From Monocercomonoides exilis PA203 (taxonomy: Eukaryota; Protista; Preaxostyla), in assembly GCA_001643675.2 (NCBI GenBank), contig LSRY02000014.1, forward strand, positions 1,674,001 to 1,738,000: a DNA stretch of 64,000 bases, written 5' to 3'. Made by a program: the position numbers and the translations under genes. The notes beneath the pieces are model-generated. The model had not been told where the DNA came from. It made no database searches and was given only the letters and a program-made list of their open reading frames with translations. Positions 1 to 12,926 of the stretch are shown piece after piece; position 1 is the stretch's first letter, and every line of letters begins with the position of its first letter.

Positions 1-1
1 A

Positions 2-1561
2 AAAGAGCTAGCTGAAGTTATTGAGATTTTAAGAGAAGCTGAGAAAAAAATTGCGATTTCAGCGAGAAAAAGAACAACTTTGCCACTTTTGAGCTTGTTT
101 TGCGCTTTTTCTCATTGTTCTGATGATTTCAGGGTTTCTGGCTGTTATGACGATGATTTTGTGTTGGACTACAAGTATTTCTCGTCTCCTTCTTTGCCTT
201 TTGAAGATAAAATGAAAAAAATTGGTGGTTTTAAAGAAAAAGTTGCATCATCATCATCATCACCTTCTTCTTCTTCTTCATCTTCTTATTCACCTTCATC
301 ATCATCATCATCTTCTTCTTCTTCCTCTTCTTCTTCTTCTTCTTCACCATCTTCTTCCTCTTCAATGTATTTTGTTCTTTCTTCTCTTCTTCTCTTCAAT
401 CAACCTGCTTTTCTTCTTTCTTCTTCTCTTTCTGTTCCCTTTTCTGCTGTTGCAATTGACACGAATTTTGCTCTTTTCAATTTCTTTCCTTCTTTTTGTG
501 CGAATCGCAATTTCTTCAAAGTTGGAATGAGGTTTTTGAATTCGAAAGAAGTGAAGAATTTCAATGGAAAAAAAGGAAAAAGAAAAGGAGAAGGAGAAGG
601 AGAAGGAGAAGGAGAAGGAGAAGGAGAAGGAAATAAAAATAAACAAAATTCTGCTTTGTTTTCGATGCTTCTCTTGGCATCTTATTTGAACAAACAGAAA
701 ATGAACGGAAAGGAAAAATGTGAAATAAATGTGAGAAAGAAAGAAATATCAAAGAAAGAGTTACTTTCAATGAAATGGAGAAATCCTAATGAAAATTTGA
801 AAGAAGATAAAAAGGAGAGAAATGAAGAAAGAGAAGAAGAAAGAGAAAGAGAAAGAGAAAGAGAAGGAAAAGAAGAAATAAAAGAAGAAGAAGAAGAAAT
901 GAAAAATAAGGAAAAAGAAGAAATAAAAGAAGAAATAGCAATCAAACCCAAAAGAAGAGGAAGGCCGCCAACGAAACAAAAAGAGAGCGGAAAAGAAGTT
1001 TTGTTCAACAAAAAGGGAAAGAAAATAGTTGAAGTCAAAATTAATGATGGAAACTTGGCAGATTTGTTTGCACAAGCAAAAGCAGCGATGATGACGACGA
1101 TGACAGCAACGATGAAGATGAAGGAGAAGATGAAGCAGAAGACGAAGACGAAGGCGAAGAATGAAATGGAAGAAGTGAAAGGAATGAAATGGAAGAAAGA
1201 AGAGAAAAGGAGTTTGAAAAAGGAAGAAGAAGAAGAAGAAGAAGAAGAAGAAAAGGAGGAAGAGGAGAAAAGAGAAGGAGGAGGAAGAGGAAGGGGAAGA
1301 GGGAGAGGGAGAGGAAGAGGAAGAGGGAGAGGAAGAGGGAGAGGAAGGGGAAGAGGAAGGGGAAGAGAAACAGAAAATGAAGAAACAAATGAAATAGTTT
1401 CGAATGAACAAGATGATTCAAATGATTTGAAAGACATGCCAAAAGATGAAGCAAATTCTGATATTTCTAATTCAAACATGCAATCAACAAAGATGAATTC
1501 TGAATTGCCTTCCTCTTCCTCTTCCTCTTCCTCTTCCTCTTCCTCTTCCTCTTCCTCTTCT

Positions 1562-1602
<41 letters not shown>

Positions 1603-4600
1603 TTCTTCTTCTTCTTCTTCTTCTTCTTCTTCTTCTTCTTCTTCTTCTTCTTCTTCCTCCTCCTCCTCCTCCTCCTCCTCCTCCTCCTCCTCTTCTTCTT
1701 CTTCTTCTTCTATTTTCAAATCCAACATTAATCAAAAAACCCCTCAAAATGGCTTATTTTTCGGAAAAGATGAACAAACATCTTATTCGATGAAAGGAAT
1801 AATTGATCCATACAAACACATGCAAACAGAAGAAATGAGGCAAAATCCTTCTTCTTTTGAAGACGAGCATTATTTGCCTTGTTTGAAAGGAAGTTGTTCA
1901 GATTGTATTGTTGATTCTTCTGATGTAATAGAAGAGAAAAAAGTGATTCGAAATGAAGGGAAAGAAGAAGAAGAAGAAGAAGAAGGAGGAGGAGGAGAAA
2001 GAAAAGGAGGAGAAAGAGGAAAAGGAGAAGAAGAAGATATTTGCCTAAATAACAACATTAAGAATACAACATCATCGTCATCATCTATTTTGCCATCTCA
2101 AATGAATTCACCAAAAGAAGAAGAAGAATTTTCAGTTATTTCATCTTCGATTAATCCTCCATTGCTTTTAAACAACATTCAAAAGGAACAAAAATTGGAA
2201 GAAGAAGAAGAAAATAAAGAAGAAAAAGAAGAGGAAACAAAGCAAACTCATTTGAAGGAAATGTTATCGATGAATTTTGCAAATGTTGGCAAAAGAAATG
2301 AATTTGAGAATGAAAGAGAAGAAAGTTTAATAAAAAGCGAAGAAAACAAAGGAAAATATGAAAACAACGAAAATATCAAAGAAACAAATGGTGTGACAAA
2401 TCAATCAAACAACAATGAAATGCAACATTCTTTTATTTCAGCTGTTAATTCAACATCATCTTCTTCTTATTCTTCTTTTCTGCTTCCTCCAATTCGCAAT
2501 GAAATGAGTCCAATTTTTACACCTTCATATTTTTCCATGGCTCGTTCATTATCTTCTTATATGCCAAGAGAAGTTTATGCGAATTATAGAACAAACGAAG
2601 AAGTTAATAGGAAGAAAGAGAAAGAGAAAGAGAAAGAGAAAGAAGAGAAAGAGAAAGAAACAAAGGAAAAAGAGCAAAACGAAATGAAAGAAGAGAAAGA
2701 AGAGAAAGAGAAGAAAGAGAAGAAGAAGAAAGAAATCAATGCAGAAGATGAGAAAACATTGAGAGTTGCCAATTGGTTTAAGAGGCATCCGAATTTCTTT
2801 GTTGATTGTCCTGTTTCTGAGAGCAAGACACGAAGTCACAGAGGAAAGTTTGTGATTCGATTGCATTCGATTGAAAAGAAAGAGGGGGAGGAGAAAGAGG
2901 AGAAGGAGAAGGAAGAGAAGGAAGAGAAAGAAGAAAAAGAAGAAAAAGAAGAGAAGAAAGAGAAGAAAGAGAAGAAGGAGAAAGAGGAGAAAGAAGGGGA
3001 GAAAGAAGAGAGTGAAAAGAAAGAAGAAGCAGATGATTTATTGTTAGATGTTCCTCCGCTTCCACTTCTGTCAGAAGAAGAACAGAAGAAAAGACACGAA
3101 GAAATCGAACTTGCGCGTCTGAAGCAGAATTTGATGAAACAAGAATTTCCTCAATTTACAGAGAAGAAAAAGAAGAACAGAAAGAATAAGAACAAAATTG
3201 CAGAGCCTTCTTCTTCTCATTCTGAGTCTTCTTTCTCTTTTCCTTCGTTTCCTGCTCCTCCAAACAGCTTTGCTATTTCTCCGAAGCTAACAAACTTTGG
3301 AATTTCTCCGAACGCAGCAGGATCAATCATTTCTCCGTCCTTATCTCCGTCCTTTTCTCAGCTTCGGACTCAAAATAGCTTTGTTATGCAGCCATTTCAA
3401 AGCAATGTAATGTTCTCTCAATTAAACAAAGGTTTTTTTGTTCCTCCTCTTCATTCAGCTCAGGTTAATACTGCTATTCCGAAGCAGCAAAGTGGAATGA
3501 ATGGAATAATAACACAAACACAAACACAAAATCTGACAAGATTTGCTCTGCCTCAAAGCAATTTTGCTGCTTCTCTGCCTCAAAACAGAGGAAATGCCTT
3601 TTTTAATCAGCCAAACATGAATGCTCCGTTGTCTCAAAGAAACTTGTATTTTTTCCAACAGACTCAAAATTTGAATATGACACAGCCACAACTCAGATTT
3701 AGTACATGCATTCCACAAAACATGGTTAGAAATCCTTCTTCTCAAAGCCATTCAATAATTTCTCCATCGCAAAGAAAATTTGATATTTCTCCGAAGAACG
3801 AGAACTCTTCAGCCACAAAAGAAGCTTCAATTGAAGATTTTTCTCTTTCAAAGCACACAACTTCTGATTCTTCAAAGAAAGATCCAACTTCTCAATGTGA
3901 ACCAGATGAAATCTTGAATTCAATCATCAGAAAGGATTTTGTTAGCAAAATGAATCAAAAAACAGTCATTTTGAAGCTGAAAACGGGAGAAAAGTGGATT
4001 TCGCAAAAACTGACAGACAAAAACTCATTCAAAGAAGATGCTTCTTTAACAGAATCATCTTTTTTGTTGGATGGGCATGTCAAAATAAATTCATGTCAAA
4101 TTAATCCAGAGAAATTTGTCTTGTCAAATTCAGAATTTTCCGATACGAATTTGCAAAATTCAGTTGCAGCTTCTTATTCCCATTCAACGCAAACAACAAC
4201 AACAACTTCTTCTTCTTCCTCTTCTTCCTCTTCTCCTTCATATTGTTCTTCTTTCTCCCCTCTTCCTTTTCCTCTTCCTCAATCGAATTCTTTTACACAA
4301 ATACAAAATAATCCACTTAATCATTTTCACAGTCCTTCACAAAGTTATCCTATTAACTCAGATTTTACAGCCAACTTTTCAAGAAATTCTTCTTCTTTTG
4401 CACAGAAAACATTAACACAAACACAAAACATATTGGAAATGAAGCAGGAAGATTCTCAGGTTTCTCCTTTGCCTTCTTCAACAGCCACAAATTTGCAATC
4501 TTTGCCTTCTTTTTCACAGAAAATTCAACATCCAGCTGAAATATCTGAGCTAAATGTGAATTCCATCTCTTCTTTGAAAGAGGAGAAATTTGATAATCAA

Positions 4601-5719
4601 ACCAAAAATTTCACAGCGAAAGATCAATACGAACAATCGACGAATGAAAAGATGAAAGAAAAAGAAAAAGATAAAGAAGAAACAACCTTCTCAATGGAAG
4701 AACTGACGAAAGAAATCAACATCAACCAGAAGGCTCAAAACTCTCACGAATTTGAACTTAGCTCAATTCTTTTCCACTTTTTAATTCGCCATTCGAAGAA
4801 GCCGATGATAAAAGAGCTTTTTTTGAGGATTGGCAATCTTCTGTTCAATCACTGCAATTATTTTGTGGTTAGACGAACTTTTGATCGAGAAAACATGTTC
4901 CTTATTGAAACTCCAGAGGCAAAAAGTGAACAAACTTCTGCTTTTTCCACTTCTCCTTCTCCTTCTCCTTCTTCTCTTTCTTCTCATTCTTCTCTTTCTC
5001 CTCCTCCTCCCCCTTCTTCATCATCCCCTTCTCCTTCTTCTGTCCTTCCACTTTCTTCTCCTCTTTCTCCTTCTGATTCGCTTTTTTTTTCCATGTCTCC
5101 TTCTCCTTCTCCTTCTCCTTCTCTTTCTCCTTCAACTCCTCCTTCAATTGCTCTTTCTCCTTCTCCATTGCCTTCTTCTTCTTCTTTGTTCTCCCCTCAA
5201 CATTTGCAACAATATTTGTCTTCTTCTCCTTCTCCATCATCATCTGGTCAGTCTTGTGATGTTTGTTGTTGTACTTTGATTAACTCTCCATCAAAGAAAC
5301 TGCAAGTTTCGTTATTTTCTTCTTCATCTTTCTCCTCCTCTTCCACTTTGTCTTCTTCTGCTCTTCCATCGAATGTTTTATCAACGCCAACTTCTTCTTC
5401 TTCTTCTTCTTCTTTATCATCTTCTTCACCTCCCTCTCCTCTTCTCTCTTCTCCTCTTCCTTCTCCTCTTCCTTCTTCTCTTCCTTCTTCTCTTCCTTCT
5501 TCTCCTTCTCCTTCTCCATCTTCGTCATCCCTTCCTCATCCATCCCCCGAGCAACATTCAAACTCCTCTGAAAACAAAGCACAAAACGAAGAGTTTTATT
5601 CATTCGCATCCAAACTCAGCACATCTCTGCTTCCTGTTGTGACGCCTCTTCAATGGAAAGTCGAAGATGCAGATGACAAACTACTTATGGAAGAAGAAGA
5701 AGAAGAAGAAGAAGAAGAA

Positions 5720-5752
<33 letters not shown>

Positions 5753-6358
5753 GATGAAGAAGAAAAGAGAGAAAAGAAAGAGAAAGAAGAGAAGGGGAGA
5801 AAAGAAAGAAAGAGATCCAAAATTGTGCTGAACATCATCAAGCGTCGCAATTATTGTCTGGCTGTTCCGTGTACTTGCTATGTGAGCTGCTCAAATGGCA
5901 CATTGTGTTCACAGCGAAAGTCTTTTTCTTCTGATTTTTCTGAGCAAATGTCTCCTTCTTTTTCAACACTTTCTATTTCTGGACATGCAACAGCATCGTC
6001 TCAGATGCAAATGGATTCAAATTCAATGACTTCTTCTGCATTGCTATCATCGTCTTCATCTCAAAATGTCATTTCTTCATTTTCTTCTATTTATGGCAAT
6101 GGCTTTTCAAACAGTGGAAAGTATTTCAATGCTTATAAGTTCAAACAAGGAACGAAGGAAACTTGCAAGCACCTTCCAGTGTTTGTGAGAAAAAGCAAGT
6201 CATGCAAATGGCCAACGGAATTTGATTGGAAAAAGATGCTTTTCTATTCAGACTATTCATTCAGAGTTATTGGACAAAGGGTTATTGTGCATCAACCAAA
6301 TACAACTGATTGGTTTGCTATAAAATCGAAAAGACATAATATGTGTTTTGGAAAATAA
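2..6358 (+). CDS. Giant low-complexity hypothetical protein (>2,100 aa; 5' end outside window) with AT-hook-like motif and RG repeat; possible nucleic-acid/chromatin-binding protein
   Basis: The frame of ORF 80..6358 is open back to base 2, so the TTG at 80 is not the true start. Contains KRRGRPP (AT-hook core), a (GR)n run, poly-Ser and Glu/Lys tracts, an N/Q-rich segment and a Cys/aromatic-rich C-terminus. Confidence 0.75.
1509..1711 (+). repeat. (TCT/TCC)n trinucleotide tract encoding a poly-Ser run of >60 residues
   Basis: Directly visible; the antisense frame reads poly-Glu. Confidence 0.95.
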
Positions 6359-6648
6359 GTTTTCTTTATTGAACAATAATTTACAAAAGAGAAATATTAT
6401 TTTTGAGTTTTTTGTTTTAGCAATATTCAAGTTAATATTTTATTTATCTTTTAAAAATCTTTTGAAATAATTTCAATTTTGGCACATACACTAAAGATGT
6501 TTTTTTTTTCGCCAAAAAACAATGATAATGCATTTCTGTTCAAAAATCTAAAGGTTAATTGCTTTATTTAGTGAAAAAACTCAAAATTTTGATTTCATTT
6601 TTCAATCAAAATAATGATCTTTTTTTGATGTTTATCATTGCAGAAATA

Positions 6649-7099
6649 CAGCCTAAACCGGACATAATCACATCGAATACAATCACATTCGTTTATAGTC
6701 ACATTTTTCCATCCACCGACATTTTTTGCTTGTTTTTCATTCATTTTCCATCGCATATAATCACAGGGTTGAAAATATATAATCACATTTTGTTTTATTA
6801 TAGGTTCATTTTTCTATGAAAAATCGGTTTTTTGATCAAAAATTTCGATTTTTCGCTTTTTCAAAAATTTGCTCAAATAAGTCAAAATAATATGTATTAA
6901 TGAATAAAATTAATTACGCAAGTGAAAAAAGTGTATTTGCGATGAATTTTCAAAAATGGAATAATTGACACAATATCAATTAATGAATAAATTAATTTTT
7001 TTTGTTTTTTTGTGTAAAGCATCATCGTGTATAATCACAATTTGAAATAGTCACAAAAAGTTGTGCAAAACCCGATGTGATTATATCAGGTTTGGACTG
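6649..7099. mobile_element. MITE-like non-autonomous DNA transposon (~450 bp) with ~27-bp TIRs
   Basis: Left end TA|CAGCCTAAACCGGACATAATCACATCG; right end reverse complement CAGTCCAAACCTGATATAATCACATCG (about 4 mismatches). Right flank is TT, a degenerate TA site. Confidence 0.7.
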
Positions 7100-7599
7100 T
7101 TCCTTTGAATGTTCATCACTAAAACAAAAATATAAAATTGTTAACAGCCATTGATTTGCAAGATTTTCCATTTTTCAAATGCTCCAAAATATAAAAAAAT
7201 GATGTGAAAAGAGTTATGTTTGTTAAATAAATGAATTTCAAATAGAATTTTTCTATTTGAATAGATTCAACTTATTTGAATGAACTAGGTTTTTCTTAAA
7301 TGAAGTCATGTTATTTTAAATGGTTGAAGCGACACATGAATAAAGTGCAATACTCTAAAATAAAAAATTTATGAAAAATCAATAAACGCAAATTATTATA
7401 TTTTTGCGTTTTATCTTTCACTTCATCAACAAAAAGATTGAAAAATCCAAAAATATAAAGATTTTTTATATTATCAAATAAAATTTCAGATATGTCTAAA
7501 GAAGACTTTAATTGACAAAAGAGAGAGAAATATAGAAAATTCATAATTTATTCTTTTTCCTCTATTCTATTTTTCACTTTTTTGCATTTTTTTGATCTC

Positions 7600-10500
7600 T
7601 ATGTATTATATATATCTTTAATAAAAATTTATTTCTTTTGATGTTCACAGAGTAATCGACAACAAACAAAGCAAATATTTTTGAAGTTCTCAGTCGAGTC
7701 GACAGGTTAAAGCTGCTTTCATCTTTGCCACTTTCTCCGTTGAATGGATATATTTCATTTTCATAGATAGATTTTTTAAAGGCCACTCTTCATTTATCTT
7801 CTCTACATATTTTTCTATTCTCTCCTCCACTCCTCTTCTAGTAATACCTCCATCATCACTATTTCAAATGCTTTGGATCTTCTGATGTTGTCATTCACAA
7901 TCTCTCTCAGATCTTCTGCTTCATTCTTTACCTTCTTCCACCGAATGGCCAGAATGATGGAAACAACAAGAACGATTATCAATACGATTCCCATGATTAT
8001 CACAATAAACATCCAATAAGATTTTCCCTTTTTCCCTCCTTCAACAATTCTGTCATCTCCTTTTCCTTGGGTTTCACTTCTGTTCTTCAGGATGAATGAC
8101 TCCGTTTATGGAAGAGAATCAATCTTTCCAAACAAGATCTTTTCAGATACTTACGTTTCCTCAGATGCATTGTTGCAATTGATGCTGGAATGGCTGTGTG
8201 AAGCTCAATTTCTCCGACAAACTCCTCTGACAGATGCGGATACACCTGGAGCTTGTGAATCATTCATTAAATGAATCAACTTGGAGAGCCAAACCTCAGT
8301 GCAGATGCAAGGAACCATAAAGATCAATCAGAAGGTTTCTCCCTTGCTGAAAAGACTTTTCTGAGGGCAGCAGCGGTATGAAGAACGGATATACTCCTAA
8401 TTACGCCAAGCCGACGAGGGTACAATTGTTGCCCGCAATTCACATGAAAGTGTTCGAAATAAAGCCATCATTTCATTTCAGGCTTTGAATGTCCAGCAGC
8501 ACATGACCAGAGCATGCTATATTATTCCTCTTGGATGGATCCATGCTGCATTTGGATTGTTGCTAGAAAACAGCACAAACTGAATTGAAATGTTTCCTCC
8601 AGAGATCGACAGCCTTCCCTTGGAAGAATTGGAGATTGTGGTGTCTGATGTCCTTCCTGAGCAATCCTGAAGATCAGCCATCGATCCACTCTGCTGGAAC
8701 AACTCTTCTGATCGCTCATTGTTCGATCTCAAATCTGACCCGCTTATAGCTCAGTCAAACACACACAAAGACATGCAAGCATCTGCCAAATCTGCCAATG
8801 CAGCAATGCAACCTTTTAATACGGAGAAGCACACATTTTGTTCAAGCAGTTAATTCCAGCAACAAAGACGAAGATGAAGAGGCCAAGCGTTATGCACCAG
8901 TGAACCATGGGCAATGTTTTCGAACGATCACTGCTTCAGCTGGAATGTGAAAGCATTCGATGTCACGTTCACTGCACACCCATCCCCAAGCACTGTGTTT
9001 GAAATAGCCAACAAATTCATTTCAACATCTGAATCTTGACATTTAACAGAAACCAACGATTCACTTGAAACGCGAGCACTTCGAATTCAGAATAATAGCA
9101 TTGGATGTTTGAATGGACTCCAGAACTGTCTGAGGAAAACACAATCAAGCTTGCTTTGCTCTCTGCATTTCTGATTTGAACCTTCTGCAGCTGGGAGTCT
9201 TTGAAGTTGTGAAAGAGAAGGGCAGAATGCTCAAGTGCGCAACTGGAAATAAGTACCTGCTGCATCGAGTGGTTTGCCAGATTTTGAAATAAAAAAAGCT
9301 TTTCAGAATTCCATCAGAAATGTTCAAGTTCATAAATGAGCAATATTGTCCCCCTCTTGCTGCCACGCATGAAGAACCGAGATGGTAGCCTGCAAAACGT
9401 CAGTCAGAAATCGTCAATCTTCCACCGCTCATTTCAACAATTGAGCAATTCAGTTTCATTTCAGAGTATCTGTTCCAATCTTCTTGAGCAAATGCTGTAT
9501 CTGCAATAGACAAGTTGCCATCAGTCAGCGATAACAAACTGGAATGAGAAGAAAAAGCGCTTCCAAACAAAAATGCTATAAATTCCATTTTCACACTCGA
9601 CGAGCACGAAACAAGACTGCCCGTCTTGCTCTCGATGCAGCAGTTCAGGCGGAGCACCCCTTTGTCGCTTTCCTGCTCCAGCGACTTGATCGTCACGACA
9701 CGCGCACTTGCTTCGCCAGACACAAGGGCGCTTTTTTCGATGAGTAAATTGCTGTAAGCAGAGGGAATGATGTGTGACAACGCAACATTCAACAAAGAAC
9801 ATGGACCGCTGATCGCCCCACACTGGCGCGTGTCAGAGGTGTTGTCTGCTGAAGAAGAGGCAAATATCATCTCGCTTTGATATGCAACCACAAGCAGAAA
9901 CAGATCTTGTTCATCCGCATAGTTTGGCGCTGTGCGTTCCCACATGGCAAGATCCCGAACAAACGGTGCTCTGAAATCGAGCTCAAACAGTTCGGCGCCT
10001 GTTTGAGTGTTGACATCCGCATATTTCACATACACGTCTCTTCCCACAAATGCTTTGTTCTCCATGAACGTGATGTTTTTGAAGAGGAACTGCAAAGGGA
10101 CATCGTTCGCGATTTATGAACAATTCGGGAACATTGCGCCTCCTCTTCCTGTTGCCGAGCAAAAACATCCTGAGATTGTGGGAAAACAGCACTCAAAAAC
10201 CCCTCCTTCGCTCAATTTCATAATCATTCCTCCGCCGCTCTCGCTCTGGCTGCTTACACAATTCTTGATCGAAGTGTTTTGCACAAGCACACTGAAAGGT
10301 TCGCTTCCAATGCAGCTGATGATGGAGGGCTCAGATGGTGCATTTTGGAGAAGCGAATGGAGCGTGCAGCATTTCAGTTGCACTGTTGAACTGCCATTTT
10401 CATTCAATATCTGTGGCTCGCCTCTCCACTCAGCCTGCACCAACACAGCTTCAATGCTTCCGAACATCAGCTCCATATTGATCGTCGAGACATTCGTCAA

Positions 10501-10672
10501 GTCAACTTTGTCATCATTCAATCCATTATATATGCGATTTTTTGTTTTGATGGTTTGATTGAGCAGAATAGCATTTCGCATGTTCCAGACAGGTGGACAA
10601 CGATGAAATAAGGAATGCTTATGAAAGAAGAATAAGGAAAAAGTAAGAGAAAAGCGGTTTAACTCCGTTCAT
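7600..10672 (-). pseudogene. Decayed member of the giant beta-helix/TM protein family (one module plus TM; no kinase-like tail seen)
   Basis: Broken ORFs 10114..10581, 9400..10095 and 7815..8012 carry family motifs (GGGMIM, GRGGA, F.ENKAFVGRDVYV, QCGAISGPC, IRWKKVKNEAEDLREIVNDNIR). A signal-peptide-like start lies at 10672. Multiple stops and frameshifts. The 3' boundary is approximate. Confidence 0.85.
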
Positions 10673-10865
10673 TGTTCAAAAAAATAATGATTACAAATAA
10701 GTTTGTTTTGAATCAGTATTTTTGAAAAACAGATAACAATTATTTGTTAATGATTTTTTCCGGTCTTTTAATGTTATTGAACCAATCTAAGTTTAAATGC
10801 CAGTTGTCTATGTATGTATTGGTGCAATCAAATTTGTTTTATTTGCTCAATATAAAAATATATAA

Positions 10866-11911
10866 TTCTAAACAAATGATGATTAGGGTCAACTTTTTTA
10901 TGGGATTTTTTCCTTTATTGGGATTTTTTTTATTTTCGATAACAAAAAGCTGAGAAGTGTGAAATGGCTTTCAGTATTTGGATAACCGATTTTAACAAAG
11001 TTGATTCGATTTATTACCGGTTTGTTTTTTAATTTTTGTTTATTATTTAACGAGATATTACGTTTTTTTGATAAATACGAATTGGTTTTTTCCACTCAAC
11101 CAAGCATTTCCAGAAAATGAAAAATACTGTTTTCAAAAGCACAAACTTTTATCTATCTGTTTTGAAATTCTTTTTTTGACAAACATTTTTTTCGTGTTAT
11201 TTTTGCATTTCATTTTTTAAACAACATGCTAACATAAAACTGATTATTTCTTTGTGAATACAATGAAATGATAAAAATAAAAATTTGATATGAAAAACAA
11301 ATACTTTGAAAATGAAATGTTGCAAAAATAGAACATAGTTTATTTCTAAATGTTTGGAACAGCCAAATGGTTCCAACTGCTTTTGATCTTTGATCAAACT
11401 TTGGTTTTTTGGATGATTTCTTCACAATTAGAAATTTTTCATATTCAACTTTTAATACACATTTTTATTATAGTATTTGTTTTTCATATCAAATTTTTAT
11501 TTTTATCATTTCATTGTATTCACTAAGAAATAATCAGTTTTATGTTAGCATGTTGTTTAAAAAATGAAATGCAAAAATAACACGAAAAAAATGTTTGTCA
11601 AAAAAAGAATTTCAAAACAGATAGATAAAAGTTTGTGCTTTTGAAAACAGTATTTTTCATTTTCTGGAAATGCTTGGTTGAGTGGAAAAAACCAATTCGT
11701 ATTTATCAAAAAAACGTAATATCTCGTTAAATAATAAACAAAAATTAAAAAACAAACCGGTAATAAATCGAATCAACTTTGTTAAAATCGGTTATCCAAA
11801 TACTGAAAGCCATTTCACACTTCTCAGCTTTTTGTTATCGAAAATAAAAAAAATCCCAATAAAGGAAAAAATCCCATAAAAAAGTTGACCCTAATCATCA
11901 TTAGTTTAGAA
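10866..11911. repeat. Near-perfect long inverted repeat/foldback: arms 10866-11305 and 11472-11911, 166-bp spacer
   Basis: Identical 65-aa shadow ORFs at 10898..11095(-) and 11682..11879(+). Positions pair with a constant sum of 22777. Only about 2 mismatches seen by eye. Confidence 0.95.
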
Positions 11912-12099
11912 AAATATTCTGATATTCGAATCAAGTCTATTGTTTCTCTTTCAGCGAATGATCAAAGAAATTAGTCGATTTCAATCCGAAAGAAACTTTT
12001 TTGTTGATTCTTTGGAGTTTTGTGCAATTTCAAAAATTTGTATTTTTTTTATAAGAAAAAAATATTCAAATGCGCTCAGGAGAAGAATAAAAAAAATTT

Positions 12100-12235
12100 T
12101 TTTTTGAGAAAATATTGGATTTTGAAACGATATATGAACTTTATTTATGAGAATGAAAAATATTTTTCTAATGACAATGAATATTCGTAATTTTGAACAC
12201 ACCGAAAAAAGTTATGATTTCAAAAATTATTTCCC
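12100..12235. repeat. Partial copy of the ~250-bp dispersed element also at ~47790-48050 and ~49090-49350
   Basis: AATGACAATGAA..AACAC(A/C)CCGAAAAA.GTT.TGATTT.AAAAA shared with 49278-49340 and, inverted, with 47795-47830. Confidence 0.5.
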
Positions 12236-12926
12236 ATATAATTAAATGTTTTCATCATTATGATTCTAGCTTTGATGTGAAAAATCAATGAAAGATTTAT
12301 TTATTTACACAAACTGTTTGTTATATGCAAAATCTGAAGTATCAACAATGCTTTCTTTAATTCAGAATTTGAAAAAATGGATCATGTTTCATTTTTTTTT
12401 AAATTATGAATTAACTTGTTTCCAGCTGTCTTGTTGATATTCAGGTTCATTGAGAATATATATTTTTAATACAAAAAATGGAAAAAAGAAAATTGATGGT
12501 GATTTTCTTATTCTCTTCATATTCATAAAAAAAATCAAAATTGAAAAGTTCATTAATAAAATAACTTTTTCGTTTTGTTTGAATCAAATCCCGCTCTTTG
12601 AGAGAGAAGTGATATGAAAATGAATAAAGATACGATAAAAAATCTCAGACAAAAAAATTATCAAAAACATAGCAAAGTTCATTAATCCACATTAATGAGC
12701 TTTGCTAACAATTTCACTTTCGGGATTGTTGATTTGGTGACCTTTCTGACATTCTTGTTTCCGATTTCCATATTGAGCATCTTTTGTCTTTATTCTCCCT
12801 TCTTTTCTGCGATTCAAAACAGTTATTGCGAAAAGAGAATACGAAATGTCAATTGACAGACAATTCATTTGTTTGCAATTGTGTGCTTGTAATTTCAAGT
12901 GAATTTTTCTTTAATTTAGAGAAACA

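Noticed and set aside
682-1747. Long antisense poly-Glu/Arg ORFs, and similar ORFs opposite other genes
   Set aside because: Shadows of TCT/GAA repeats and skewed codon usage.
10898-11879. Two identical 65-aa ORFs as duplicated genes
   Set aside because: GTG-started AT-rich frames that simply reflect the inverted repeat.
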